From the NCBI GenBank assembly GCA_951406725.2, contig OX597840.1, forward strand, positions 23,684,001 to 23,748,000: a stretch of DNA of 64,000 nt, in the 5' to 3' direction. A program made the translations under genes and the position numbers. Source of the DNA: Octopus vulgaris (taxonomy: Eukaryota). Under the pieces are notes generated by a model. That model was not told the origin of the DNA, did not search any database, and was given only the letters and a program-made list of their open reading frames with translations. Of this stretch, positions 39,578 to 51,705 are shown one piece after another. The stretch's first letter is position 1. Each line of letters starts with the position of its first letter.

Positions 39578-40617
39578 ATGCATATATATATATGTGTGTG
39601 TGTGTGTGTGTTTGTTTGTTTGTTTGAAGGACCTCAGCATCTATCCACTGCTAGATCTGATGGTGTTTATTGTCTGTTGTTGCAGAATTTAAGCAGCTCT
39701 TTGATTCCCAAATATGTAACGGTCACTACAGATGTGTGACTGTATTTCAGACAGTTGATGGTCACCTGTGTATTGTTGTAATGTCTACTTTGGTGAGAAG
39801 AAGCTACTCGAGAAGTCAACGACCCATTATTATAGGAATTGTCTATCAGACTAACAGTTTCAACAATTTCTTGACTATAATGTGTTGGTGTGTTGCCTCA
39901 ACCACCACACCAATCTTTACTTCACTTCATCAGCCAAAAATGTTTCTTTATAAATTTTGGAAACATTATTGATATGCTTGGATATGTCTGTCTGGTGCTG
40001 GTTTTGTTGCTGTGTCTGAAGAAATTATTATGTTTTTGGTGTTCTCTGTTCATTGTTTGTTGTTATGGAAATGAGTTGCACTTTGTGACCAGTGAAACGT
40101 TTCCCAATCAATATTTGGATTATTGAAATTACCAGTATGAAAATATGAGTGATTGCTTTCATAGATGCAGATCTGAAGATGTCAAAAATCTGAGTTTTGA
40201 TGGCAGTTTTGCAGATGGTAAACAAATTCAAGTAGGAGTATATATGTTGTTAAAAAAATACTTCTTGTCGCGACCAGTTAAAATCTCCATAAGGAATTAC
40301 AGAAAATCTTGAGTGACCATAGACCATCAGACGACCCCCATGGTAATTAGAATGGCCTTTGTGTAACAAAATGTAGCTTGCCATTGTTTGTTGTTGTGTT
40401 ATATTTATATATACAATACTCTTCCATAAGTATTTCTTTTGTTATGGCCAGTTGGCTTTATCAAACCAGTTGTAAAGATAGGTTCTTGTTGGTTTGTTGT
40501 GGTCTGTTATTTGTGATACTTGTTCCATTATATTTCCTACATTTGACATGATTTGTTTATCTATAATATATATTTTTGTAATATTCTACTCATCGTTTTA
40601 TATTTCGTCATTTGCAG

Positions 40618-40808
40618 TGCTGCAAAGAGCTCCAACTGGACATGGATAGGAGGCTCTCTGGAATAGTAGTTGGGAGTTATCTTGCCAGCCAAGGAGCCAG
40701 CTTATACCATCGTAATAAGAAGAAGAAAGTGACTCCATTGGACTACATAAAAAATCAACATTTGAAAGAAAAATTACAAACATTTTTACAATCAGGTGTG
40801 GCTGTGTG
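40618..40808 (+). CDS. Last ankyrin-region exon of the MIB2-like gene; 3' end supplied by a SINE
   Basis: Acceptor tttgcag|, in phase 0 with the previous exon. CCKELQL...GIVVGSYLASQGASLYHRNKKKKVTPLDYI resembles the MIB motif 'ACFLAxxGADxxxxNxxGxSPLDL'. The ancestral donor appears displaced to 41188. Confidence 0.78.
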
Positions 40809-41181
40809 GTAAGTAGCTTGCTAACCAGCCACATGGTTCCGGGTTCAGTCCTACTGTGTGGCATCTTGGGCAAGTGTCTTCTGCTATAGCCCCGGGCCGA
40901 CCAATGCCTTGTGAGTGGATTTGGTAGACGGAAACTGAAAGAAGCCTGTCGTATATATGTATATATATGTATATGTATGTGTGTGTCTGTGTTTGTCCCC
41001 CTAGCATTGCTTGACAACCGATGCTGGTGTGTTTACGTCTCCGTCACTTAGCGGTTCGGCAAAAAGAGACCGATAGAATAAGTACTGGGCTTACAAAGAA
41101 TAAGTCTCGGGGTCGATTTGCTCGACTAAAGGCAGTGCTCCAGCATGGACGCAGTCAAATGACTGAAACGAGTAAAAGAGT
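40795..41181 (+). mobile_element. SINE family A, nearly full length, with candidate TSD atca
   Basis: Matches the other A copies. atca at 40791-40794 and 41182-41185. Confidence 0.9.
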
Positions 41182-41486
41182 ATCACTGTAAGTACTCACT
41201 GGCAATGACAAGATAAACCAGGACATTTTCTATTTTGTATATAATCATGTTTATATGTTTATTTAGTTTGAATTCTCCCAATGTATTATTACGTCATACA
41301 TACATATCGTGTATAATTAATTCTCAGGGCTTTGTTCTATGTTAGAAGTGAAACCTGTTTTGTTACCTAGTTCACCCATACATGAAGTTATAGCAATTGT
41401 GTCCTGTCTGTCCATCCATAAAATTCAAAACTGTATGTCTAAGTATAGAGCACTTCTTAATCAGCTTGAATACAATAAAGTGTTAT

Positions 41487-42385
41487 ATATACACACACAC
41501 CATCCTGCCCCAAAAAATTCTTTAAACAACACACATCTATTTACACCACCCTGGAACCAATCAAAAACAGCCCCCACACACACACAGACACTTGTATACG
41601 TGTATGTGCATGCACACAGGGACACACACACTTACACCAATCTCACCTCCATACAGGCACACATATATACACACGCAGCACCATGTCAAATGCCATCTAC
41701 ACACATACATGCGTACACATGCACACACAACACCATGACAACCACACACACGGTTGACAAACAGACACCATCCGACCAAATACTACAGACACACAGACAC
41801 ATCTATTCACACCACATGTATATGTATGCACACACACATACATGCAGAGACACACATATTCACCTCATCCTAACCCCAAAATCATTGATGCTTGAAGGAA
41901 AGCCAAAAAAAGAAAAAAACGGGTACATCCTTTTCAATTCCACATTTTCGCTAAAACGGACAGGTCAGTAACAACCTCGCCACTACATTAATGTAAATCT
42001 TTTTGAATTCATAATATTCTGTACTGAATTTTTTAAATAATTCTTCCTGGAAATTACCCTGAGATGTATAATATATTTGTTTTAATCTTTTCTGCCCATT
42101 TTTTCAATGAGCTTGTTAAACCTCTTTATATTCCCAACATACTGTTTTACTTTTTTATGTCCTTAACATGTCCCTGTTTCCAAAGACTGTATATATATAT
42201 GTAATGTAGGAATTTGCAACAACCAATAATTAACGCAACCAAACTTCCACATGTTACTTTTGATAATCTTTTTCCAAAGAGTGAAACCGGTAAAGTAAAT
42301 AAACATCTTTTAAATTGCATTTTCAAACCTTCTTTCGTATATAATTCCACTTGTGCGATACCCCACAACTCAACTTTGTTATATA
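41487..42385 (+). repeat. 5' pLTR
   Basis: Near-identical to 47046-47920. Confidence 0.92.
42251..42306 (+). ncRNA. Minimal type I hammerhead ribozyme, U3-A8 core variant (5' pLTR)
   Basis: ttactt-TTGATAA-stem II-GAAA-ccgg-TA-aagtaa. Stem I pairs, and stem III is the palindrome ACCGGT. Confidence 0.7.
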
Positions 42386-42410
42386 TATAAACATCACACG
42401 AGTCCCGAAA

Positions 42411-43673
42411 ATGCCACCTAAGTCACAACAAGCAGAAACTTTAATGAACCAAAATATCCTAAAAGAATTACAAGAAATCTCCTCGAAACTTTCAACCCTA
42501 ATAAACAAAGTCGAACAATCGCACTTATACCTAAATGGACTCATGGAGACCAAAACAACTAATCAAACCCCTGACATCATCCCAACACTGCAAAACCTAA
42601 TGAAATCTATAGAGACGGCAGTGCTCCCAAAGCAGGAGCAAACTAAAGACTGCTTCTCAGTTAAAAGCTCTCTTAACAACACCTGGAGTAAAAATCTCAA
42701 AGCGCGCAAGTTTGCCTTCTGGAATTCCATAAAAAATAATAACAAAGCTGACATTTATGAAAAGTGGCTCAACTCCACCCCTATCATCCTACCCAGAAAA
42801 CTACAAATAAAACCCATCCAAAATGAACCAGAAAACCAAAAAAACCTCAGGGAGAAACTAGCTTTCGAAAAATTCAAAACGGAAGTAGAACTTTTGCGGC
42901 TCAGAGCCAACGCCAGTGAAGAAAAATTCAAGACCCTTGACAATGAAATGCAGATTGAAATCTCAAAACACTGTGAAGGAGCACTCCTTGATGAAACCAC
43001 CAAACTCTGGAGAAAAAACTGCGAGGATGAAGAACTAACATCCCTCCAGTGAATGGAAAAAAACAGCTGGTTCGCCAATTATGAAACAGAGTTCAAAAAT
43101 GAACACCATTCAAGCAACCCATATTTTAAAATATCAACTTCAACTCACACCCCTCACCAAAAACAAAGAAAACAAACCACAAAACACCGAACACACACCA
43201 CCCCTAACATCGACAACAACAACAACAACAGAACTTACAGACAGCACTACAATCCCATCAAAAGAACCGAGACACCCATCAACACAAGACAAAACTTTAC
43301 CAGACAATGTAGACCCCAACCCACACAAGAACCGTTCCAGATTCGGAGATCCTACCCATCACTTAGAAACCTATCTCTGAACTATGATTGTAGATTCCAA
43401 CCCAAACCGTTCCAAACTCGGAGTTCTCCCCCAACATATAGGAATTCACTTCTAAACCATGAATGTGTTTTCCAACCCACTCTAAGGAACCAACATTACA
43501 CCCAGGACAAACAACCCAGACCCTGGAATAACCAAAACTCTTCCAGGAGGCCACACCAACAACCCAGACCCTGGAACAACCAAAACCTCTTCAACAGACA
43601 ACATATCAACGGGGGAAAGAATCACATACAGCAAAATACCGCAGATAGAAGAACCCCCAGGATTCCTTTTTAG
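42411..43673 (+). pseudogene. Upstream ORF of the Penelope-like element (helical region + Q/N/P-rich tail), one in-frame TGA
   Basis: ATG 42411 (MPPKSQQ). ORFs 42351-43052 and 43053-43673 share a frame. Confidence 0.6.
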
Positions 43674-43701
43674 GCAAGGGCATCAGTTTCCACGACACCA
43701 G

Positions 43702-45978
43702 ATGGTAGATACCAACCCCGAGAAACCAAAAATAGTGAATCTTTCTAACCTAAACCTGTCGACACCACAAATAAAAATCCTTTCAAGGGGACTAAAATTC
43801 ACCCCAACTCCGCAATACCCTAACCTGAGGGAAATACAAGATGACATCTCACACTTTTGCAGAAAATTACGCCTCACAGAGGAATTTTTTGACAAGGAAA
43901 CTAATAATAACGACGAATCAATGGTCCGTAACAAAAGCAGCTATAATCCCATAAAAGGCAAAAACAAAACCTTAGACAAATTTTGCGATTACATCTCAAA
44001 CTTCCCTTATGGTGAACTCCCACAACCTAAACCCAAACCCAACACCAGTAAAAGGGAATGGGAAATCATCCATACGCTACGAGACAATCATGACGTCACA
44101 ATAAAGGAAGCTGATAAGGGTAGTACGGTCATTGTTATGAATACTGAGCAGTATAAAAACTCTGTATCTCTCCTTTTAGAGGATACCACATACTATGAAA
44201 GAGTAGTCGACTACCAGCAATCCAAAACAATGACCAAACTGAAGGCACTCATTTACCAACACTGGAATGACTTAACAGCAAAGGAATGCGACTACATTAC
44301 AAACTTTAATTGCAAAACCAGCACACTCTATGGGCTTCCAAAAATACACAAGAGTCAAATTATCACAGAAGCTTGCAAAAAGTCCACTTCAACCTGCATC
44401 ACTATACCACATCCCACTGATCTCAAACTGAGACCAATAGTGGCAGGCCCAAGTTGTGAAACACACAGACTTAGCAACTTTATAGATATCATCCTAAAAC
44501 CAATACTGAAACACATTCCAAGTATTGTAAGAGATGACCTGGACCTATTAAATCATCTCCCCAAACATACCGAGAAAGACACTTTAATCGTTTCCTTTGA
44601 TGTAATTAATCTTTACACCACAATCCCACATGAATATGGACTGGAAGCCATTAAATTCTGGCTGGATAAATATCCCAATGAGATCCCGGAAAGAATAAAA
44701 AAAGAATTCATCATTGAGGGCCTCAAATTTATTCTGCAAAACAACTTCATGAATTTCAATAACAACACTTACAGACACGTTTCAGGAACTGCAATGGGTA
44801 CGAAAGTTGCACCTACCTATGCAAACCTGGTGATGGCCTACCTGGAATCACATATCTATGAAAAATCCAAATATAAGTACGGCCAGTCTTTCCACAAATA
44901 CCTGTTGGAGAACTGGAAACGCTACTTAGATGATTGCCTTATCCTATGGTCCCACACACTCGACCAACTTACTGACTTCAAAAACCTTATCAACAGTGTA
45001 AATAACAACATTCAATTCACAATGGAATATAGTCAGGACCAACTCCCTTTTCTTGACATTCTAATCATTAAAAAAGGCGTCAACATTGAAACTGACATCC
45101 ATTACAAACCCACTGACTCTAAACAATACCTTCTATTCACCTCTAATCACCCAAAACACACAAAGACAAATATCCCCTTCAACCTAGCGAGAAGAATCTG
45201 CACAATTGTCTCAAATGACACAACACGAAATAGAAGACTCCGGGAACTAAGGGCAATTCTTCTCGAAAGACATTACCTGGCATCACTAGTAGACAATGGA
45301 ATAGAACGGGCCAAATCAATCAACACTCAAGACCTATGAAAACCTAAACACATCCACAGTACAGTAAATAGCCTCCCCTATCTCTCAACACACAACCCAA
45401 GGAATGCAGAAGCTTACACTATTATATACAACAACATTCCACAACTAAATCAAGACCCACGCCTGTAAAAAATACTGGCAGCTCATAAAATAATAAAAAG
45501 TAAGAGACAACCTAAATCCCTAAAAAACCTCCTCACCAATGCAAAATTACACAACACAAACCCACCGCCCACCATCAAAAAATGTGGTCACCCCAACTGC
45601 AGGACTTGCATCCACCTCATTGAGGGATCGACGTACAAGTTCCGGTCGGGACACACATTCATCATAAAAAATAATTTCACATGCGCATCAAAAAATTTAC
45701 TCTACGTCATAAGGTGTGAAGGGTGCCACGAAGACTACATAAGGCAAACGAGCCTTACCCTCAGAGAAAGAATGACAGTTCACTGACAACAACTGAGGGA
45801 CCCCTCCACAAGACAGATACCACTAAGTGGACACTTAGACCTTTGTGCACACAATAAGTCCCCCAAATTCTTAGTCTTCCCACTATACCAATGCTCGGAC
45901 AACACCACAGACCAAACACGAATAAATAGGGAAAGTAATCTTATTCAAAAATACAGACCACAACTAAACATACTCTAA
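43702..45978 (+). pseudogene. Penelope RT + GIY-YIG endonuclease with three in-frame stops
   Basis: LSRGLKF, ADKG, YGLPKIHK, RPIV, FDVINLYT, GTAMG, RYLDD, FLD; linker CGHPNCRTC; EN LLYVIRCEGCHEDYIRQT...RERMTVH. Stops at 45337, 45466 and 45784; terminal TAA at 45976-45978. Confidence 0.92.
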
Positions 45979-46124
45979 CATACCCCCTAGGCACACATCC
46001 AGAGCAAACACACAGACACGCGCACACTCGCAACGTATCATGCAAGCGGACACATGCACGCATCAGCACGCATAGGGCGCACTGGCGGGCATTGACCACA
46101 CACATACGCGGCACACACGCGCAT

Positions 46125-46128
46125 GCAT

Positions 46129-46160
<32 letters not shown>

Positions 46161-46236
46161 CGTGTGCATTGTGTGTGTGTGTGTATGTGTTATGTGTGTG
46201 TGTGTATGCATTGTATGTGTGTATATATGAATGCAT

Positions 46237-46273
<37 letters not shown>

Positions 46274-47000
46274 ATTATATATATATATATGTGTATATGT
46301 GAATATATATATGCTAGCATGGAAAACGGACGCTAAACGATGATGATGATGATGTGCATTATATGTATGTGCATTGTGTATATGTATATTATATGTATGT
46401 GTGTTGTATATGTATGTGTACATTATGTGTATATGTATGTGTATATATGCATTGTATGTATGTATATTGTATGTGTGTTGTATATGCATGAATACATGTA
46501 TATACGTTATATGTATATATATGTATGCATTGTGTATGTTATGTATATATATGTTATATGTATGTGTATATGTATATGTATACATTGTATGTATATATAT
46601 TGTGTGTATATGTGGTATATTTATGTATGTGTATATAAACATTATATATATGTATATGCATTGTCTATATATATATATTATATGTATATATTGTGTATGT
46701 GTATTATATATATGCTGTGTATGTGTATTGTATGTATATATGTGTTAGGTGTATATGTGTTGTATTTATATTATGTATGTGTGCGTGTGTTGTGTGTTAT
46801 TTGTGTGTGTGTTGTGTATGTGTGTTATATGTGTGTATATTATATATAAATATATGTTATATTTGTGTGTTGTGTGTGTGTATTATATGTATGTGCGTTG
46901 TGTGTGTGTGTTCTGTATGTATGTGTGTTGTGTGTGTGTGTGGGGGGTCTGTATATGTATGATGTGTGTGTGTGTGTATATATATGTAGTGTGTGTGTAT
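46125..47000. repeat. TG/TA low-complexity tract inside the Penelope 3' region, including a short RTE 3' tail (46311-46353)
   Basis: Directly visible. Confidence 0.9.
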
Positions 47001-47045
47001 GGCCCGCACACACGCGTAGACGCGCACGAACACGGGCGGGCACGC

Positions 47046-47914
47046 ATATACACACACCATCCTACCCCAAAAAATTCTTTAAACAACACACATCTATTTA
47101 CACCACCCTGGAACCAATCAAAAACAGCCCCCACACACAGACACTTGTATACATGTATGTGCACGCACACAGGGACACACACACACCAATCTCACCTCCA
47201 TACAGGCACACATATATACACACGCAGCACCATGTCAAATGCCATCCACACACATACATGCGTACACACGCACACACACACAACCACACACACATTTGAC
47301 AAACAGACACCATCTGACCAAATACTACAGACACATCTATTCACACCACATGTATATGTATGCACACACACATACACGCAGAGACACACATATTCACCTC
47401 ATCCTAACCCCAAAATCATTGATGCTTGAAGGAAAGCCAAAAAAAGAAAAAAAACGGGTACATCCTTTTCAATTCCACATTTTCGCTAAAACGGACAGGT
47501 CAGTAACAACCTCGCCACTACATTAATGTAAATCTTTTTGAATTCATAATATTCTGTACTGAATTTTTTAAATAATTCTTCCTGGAAATTACCCTGAGAT
47601 GTATAATATATTTGTTTTAATCTTTTCTGCCGATTTTTTCAATGAGCTTGTTAAACCTCTTTATATTCCCAACATACTGTTTTACTTTTTTATGTCCTTA
47701 ACATGTCCCTGTTACCAAAGACTGTATATATATATGTAATGTAGCAATTTGCAACAACCAATAATTAATGCAACCAAACTTCCACATGTTACTTTTGATA
47801 ATCTTTTTCCAAAGAGTGAAACCGGTAAAGTAAATAAACATCTTTTAAATTGCATTTTCAAACCTTCTTTCGTATATAATTCCACTCGTGCGATACCCCA
47901 CAACTCAACTTTGT

Positions 47915-47920
<6 letters not shown>
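47046..47920 (+). repeat. 3' pLTR
   Basis: Near-identical to 41487-42385. Confidence 0.92.
47786..47841 (+). ncRNA. Minimal type I hammerhead ribozyme, U3-A8 core variant (3' pLTR)
   Basis: Identical to 42251-42306. Confidence 0.7.
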
Positions 47921-47954
<34 letters not shown>

Positions 47955-48230
47955 AAGTAGTAAATACACAAAGTAGTAAATAAATGGCACAACTAAGTAC
48001 CGATATTTACTGGAATTAGCGAACGTAAAAATACGACGCTAATGTATAGCTTCACCGCGTATGTATTAGTAAATATGCGTGTGTGCAACAAACTAGAGAA
48101 AAACGTCTTACCTCCAGGGAGAACATCTGAAAGATGAAATACCCGGAAAAGGATAATGTGGGACCTGCAGGTTTCAGATTTTACAAGATATGACTGCCAC
48201 CCATATCTTATTCTATCTTCATCTATATGT

Positions 48231-48492
48231 AGGCGCAGGAGTGGCTGTGTGGTAAGTAGCTTGTTTACCAACTACATGGTTCCGGGTTCAGTCCTACTGC
48301 GTGGCACCTTGGGCAAGTGTCTTCTATTATAGCCTCAGGCCGACCAAAGCCTTGTGAGTGGATTTGGTAGACGGAAACTGAAAAAGAAGCCCGTCGTATA
48401 TATATATATACATACATATATATATATATATATATATGCATGTGTCCGTTTGTGTGTCTGTGTTTGTCCCCCCTAGCATTGCTTGACAACGA
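48231..48492 (+). mobile_element. SINE family A, 3'-truncated
   Basis: Same head as 31472; cut off by the 1.5-kb block. Confidence 0.85.
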
Positions 48493-48493
48493 T

Positions 48494-50045
48494 AATATAG
48501 TGGGCATAACATGACCAGAGTAGTGAGTTGATGCCATCCAGAATTTCACAGAGCAAAGTTGCCACAAGTGAAATGGGCTGTTTATGAAGTGATCAGAGTT
48601 AATGATAAAGAAGCATTGTTACTCGTCTGCTGCCTTTCTGCTAATTAATTAAAACTCCCACTTCTCTTCATGGGCACTGAACTTCCTTCTAGGATCCATA
48701 TGTGCCCACCCTGATGGGCTGAAGAAGGACATAACAGAACAGTGCTATGGTGTGACAACTAAAATAGCTTTGCTGACTTGCTACAATATTAAATACTGGC
48801 AGAATCTCTAAGATGCCGGATTAATTGCTTAACAGCATTTCGTTCGCAAATAGCTTTGTCAAACTAGAGATAAAAGCAATCAGGAATGGGAGTGTGTCTG
48901 TGCATTGTTTATTTCTCTTCAATCAGGTCCACACTGTGAGGGCGAGTACGATCGATCATTTGAGCATCCAGATGCCCCTCCCACCTAACCAGGAGTCCCT
49001 TCTCTGAAGACCAGCTTGCTAGCTAGCCCACAGTGAAGGCCCCTCTTTATATTTCGTCTGTCATGAGTTGGTGCTCCAAACATCTTTCCTTTCAAAGTAT
49101 GACTTCCACTGAGGTCGACTTTCATCCTTTCGAGGTAAATAAAATAAGCAGTAGAGCACTCGAGTCCCTGAAATTAACTCATCACCTTCCAACAAATTTC
49201 AGGTTTTGTACTTAAAAATACAAAAAAGAAAAATTATTATTATTATTATTATCATCAACATTAATATTTTATAAACCCCAAAAAGTAGAGTCGGCTCCAA
49301 ATACATCTTACAAATACATCTTACAATTTCATGAGTCCTTCATTAAAAAAGGGACAACGGTAATTATTCTCCTTCCTCTCGCAGGGGTTACGACCAATCA
49401 CGGAAATGGCGACACACGTCTTTGTGAGCAGGGAGGATCTCCTCAATAGAATCAATAGCTGCAAACCCTCTGAACACCTCACAGGTTGTGTCCGGGTAGA
49501 ATGGATATAATTCGCCTCTACCCATCTATAGACAGAGATTTTGTTGTGGGGTGCTTGTAAAGACAAGAACATTACATACGTTGGTGAGACATTTAGAAGC
49601 ATTGCAGGGGGATGAAATAAAAATTAGAGGCAGCATGACCACATAACCAGTCCTCCATACTCTACCAAAGGTACTACTCAAGATGAACGGTCCCGGTGCG
49701 CGCACTCGTGCTAGTCCGTCTTCACTGGTCGATCCTTCATCCTTCAACGACTACCTTGCGCGAGTATGCAAATTAACAGATGCACGCATAATAATATATG
49801 TATATAATGGCTGAATATATATAAAATAAAATGGGTTTTGTCTTAAACAAAGTAAATAAAAGACTCAAAAAAAGAAATTACTTACTTTGTGTTTTATTTT
49901 GTTTAAAAAAATTATTTGTTAAAAAAACCTCATACATGTCTAGCGCAGGCGAGTGTGATTTTTAGTCGCGCACTAGCGTTACGTAGTCTTTGTAAGATCG
50001 ACTAGTCACGACTAGCTAGCACCGGGACCACTCTTGTAGAAAAGT
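48494..50045 (-). repeat. ~1.5-kb dispersed block, copy 2
   Basis: Reverse complement of 28609-30159. Confidence 0.92.
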
Positions 50046-50294
50046 ATCCATATATACATATATATATTATATGTAAATATATATGTATAGTATATATTAT
50101 ATTAAATTAGAGATAAAACCACAATTAGGCAAATCAATATAATATATATATATATATGATGATGATATATACCTGTATACACATATATATATATATACAT
50201 ACATATATATATATATATATGTATGTATGTATATATGTATGTATGTCTAAATGTATATATATATTTACATACATATATACATATATATACATAC

Positions 50295-50353
<59 letters not shown>

Positions 50354-51120
50354 TATATATATATATCTCACACACATACACTTAAGTGCGCAAACACGCG
50401 CACACGCACACACGCCCACACATATATTTCCATATCTGTGACTTGTGTTTCTCCCTCGTGACCGATTCATTTTCGGTTTTGGCTGTTTACGTCATCGTAA
50501 CTTAGCAATTCAACAAAAGGAGAACGAAGGAATGAGTAGCAGTGTGAAGAGAGATAAGGGCAGCCTTCGATGAGTGTGAGAAAACACGTCGATGTGGTGC
50601 TCCAGCATGGCCTTGTCCAAGAATTGAAATCAGTAAACGACGGACGAGAAAATCTATTTTGTAGGTAAATTATATCAAGGGAGAGAACTCTTATATATAA
50701 ACAATCTATATTTTAGAGTAGTCTCCCTTAAGATATAAACATCAGAATACGGTTGTCAAGTGGTTTCAAGGCACTCTTCAAGGGAGGTAACTCCTATACA
50801 GTATATTTGTGAGTAGTCTCCCTTAACACCAAACGTTATGCCAGCGGTATGGTGTAGAGGGTGAGAGATGGAGATGAAGAGAGACAGACAGACAACAGTC
50901 GGACAGACACGTAAATCGGTGAGTGAAGGATAGACACATATTCTGTGTCATTCCATAAATAATGCGGGTTTAAAAAAATTTATTTTTCAAAATTAAGATA
51001 GGCAGGATTTTTTAATCTAAAGTTTTCTACATATATATATGTGTGTGTGTGTACATATATGTGTGTGTGTTTTTATATATTTATATATATATATAAATGT
51101 TTCTATTATATACCATGACT

Positions 51121-51326
51121 GGTTGTTGACAAATATTTAAACGGCGGTGCCCCAGCATGGTCACAGCTCATGACCTGAAATTAAATGGAATGAAATGAAA
51201 AAAATATATATATATAAATATGTATGTATATATATATATATATTTTTTTCATTTCATTCCATCTAATTTCAGCTCATGAGCTGTGGCCATGCTGGGGCAC
51301 CGACATTCGAAAATTTGTCTACAATC
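51121..51326. repeat. Tail-to-tail inverted pair of SINE/LINE 3' ends around a TA run
   Basis: cggtgccccagcatggtcacagctcatgacctgaaatta...gaatgaaatgaaaaaaat and its reverse complement. Confidence 0.75.
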
Positions 51327-51385
51327 TGCCATGGGACTTGAACCCAGATCACTTGGAGATATATATATATGCATACATACATACA

Positions 51386-51423
<38 letters not shown>

Positions 51424-51705
51424 AAACTTACTTGGAAGAGGATGTGTGATGTATGTTGTGTGTGTGTGTGTATATATATATATATGTATGTATTAAGTAT
51501 AAATGTAGGGAGGTCGGGAGGCACATACAGTAATGCCTCGATATACAAGTTAATTGGTGCAGATGTATACATATATATATACATAATATATATATTATAT
51601 ATATGTATGTATTTATGTAGGTATGCCTGTATATATGTGAGATAATAGTCTCACTTTAATAGTTTCAGTATTAAAGTGAAATTATTAAAGTGAAAATATC
51701 TTATA

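Larger units (their letters stand above)
41487..47920 (+). mobile_element. Penelope-like retroelement (GIY-YIG type with Cys-rich linker), flanked by direct pLTRs
   Basis: RT + GIY-YIG frame between two ~0.9-kb direct repeats. Both outer ends lie in TA runs. Confidence 0.93.

Noticed and set aside
43050-45786. Three in-frame TGA codons in the Penelope element read as selenocysteine recoding
   Set aside because: The contexts (DL*KPK, VH*QQ, LQ*ME) fit CGA(Arg)->TGA CpG decay, none is at a Cys position, and an in-frame TAA at 45466 shows the copy is decayed.
48105-48185. Possible small minus-strand exon (AG...GAG|gtaag)
   Set aside because: Splice-like signals only; no recognisable peptide or partner exon.
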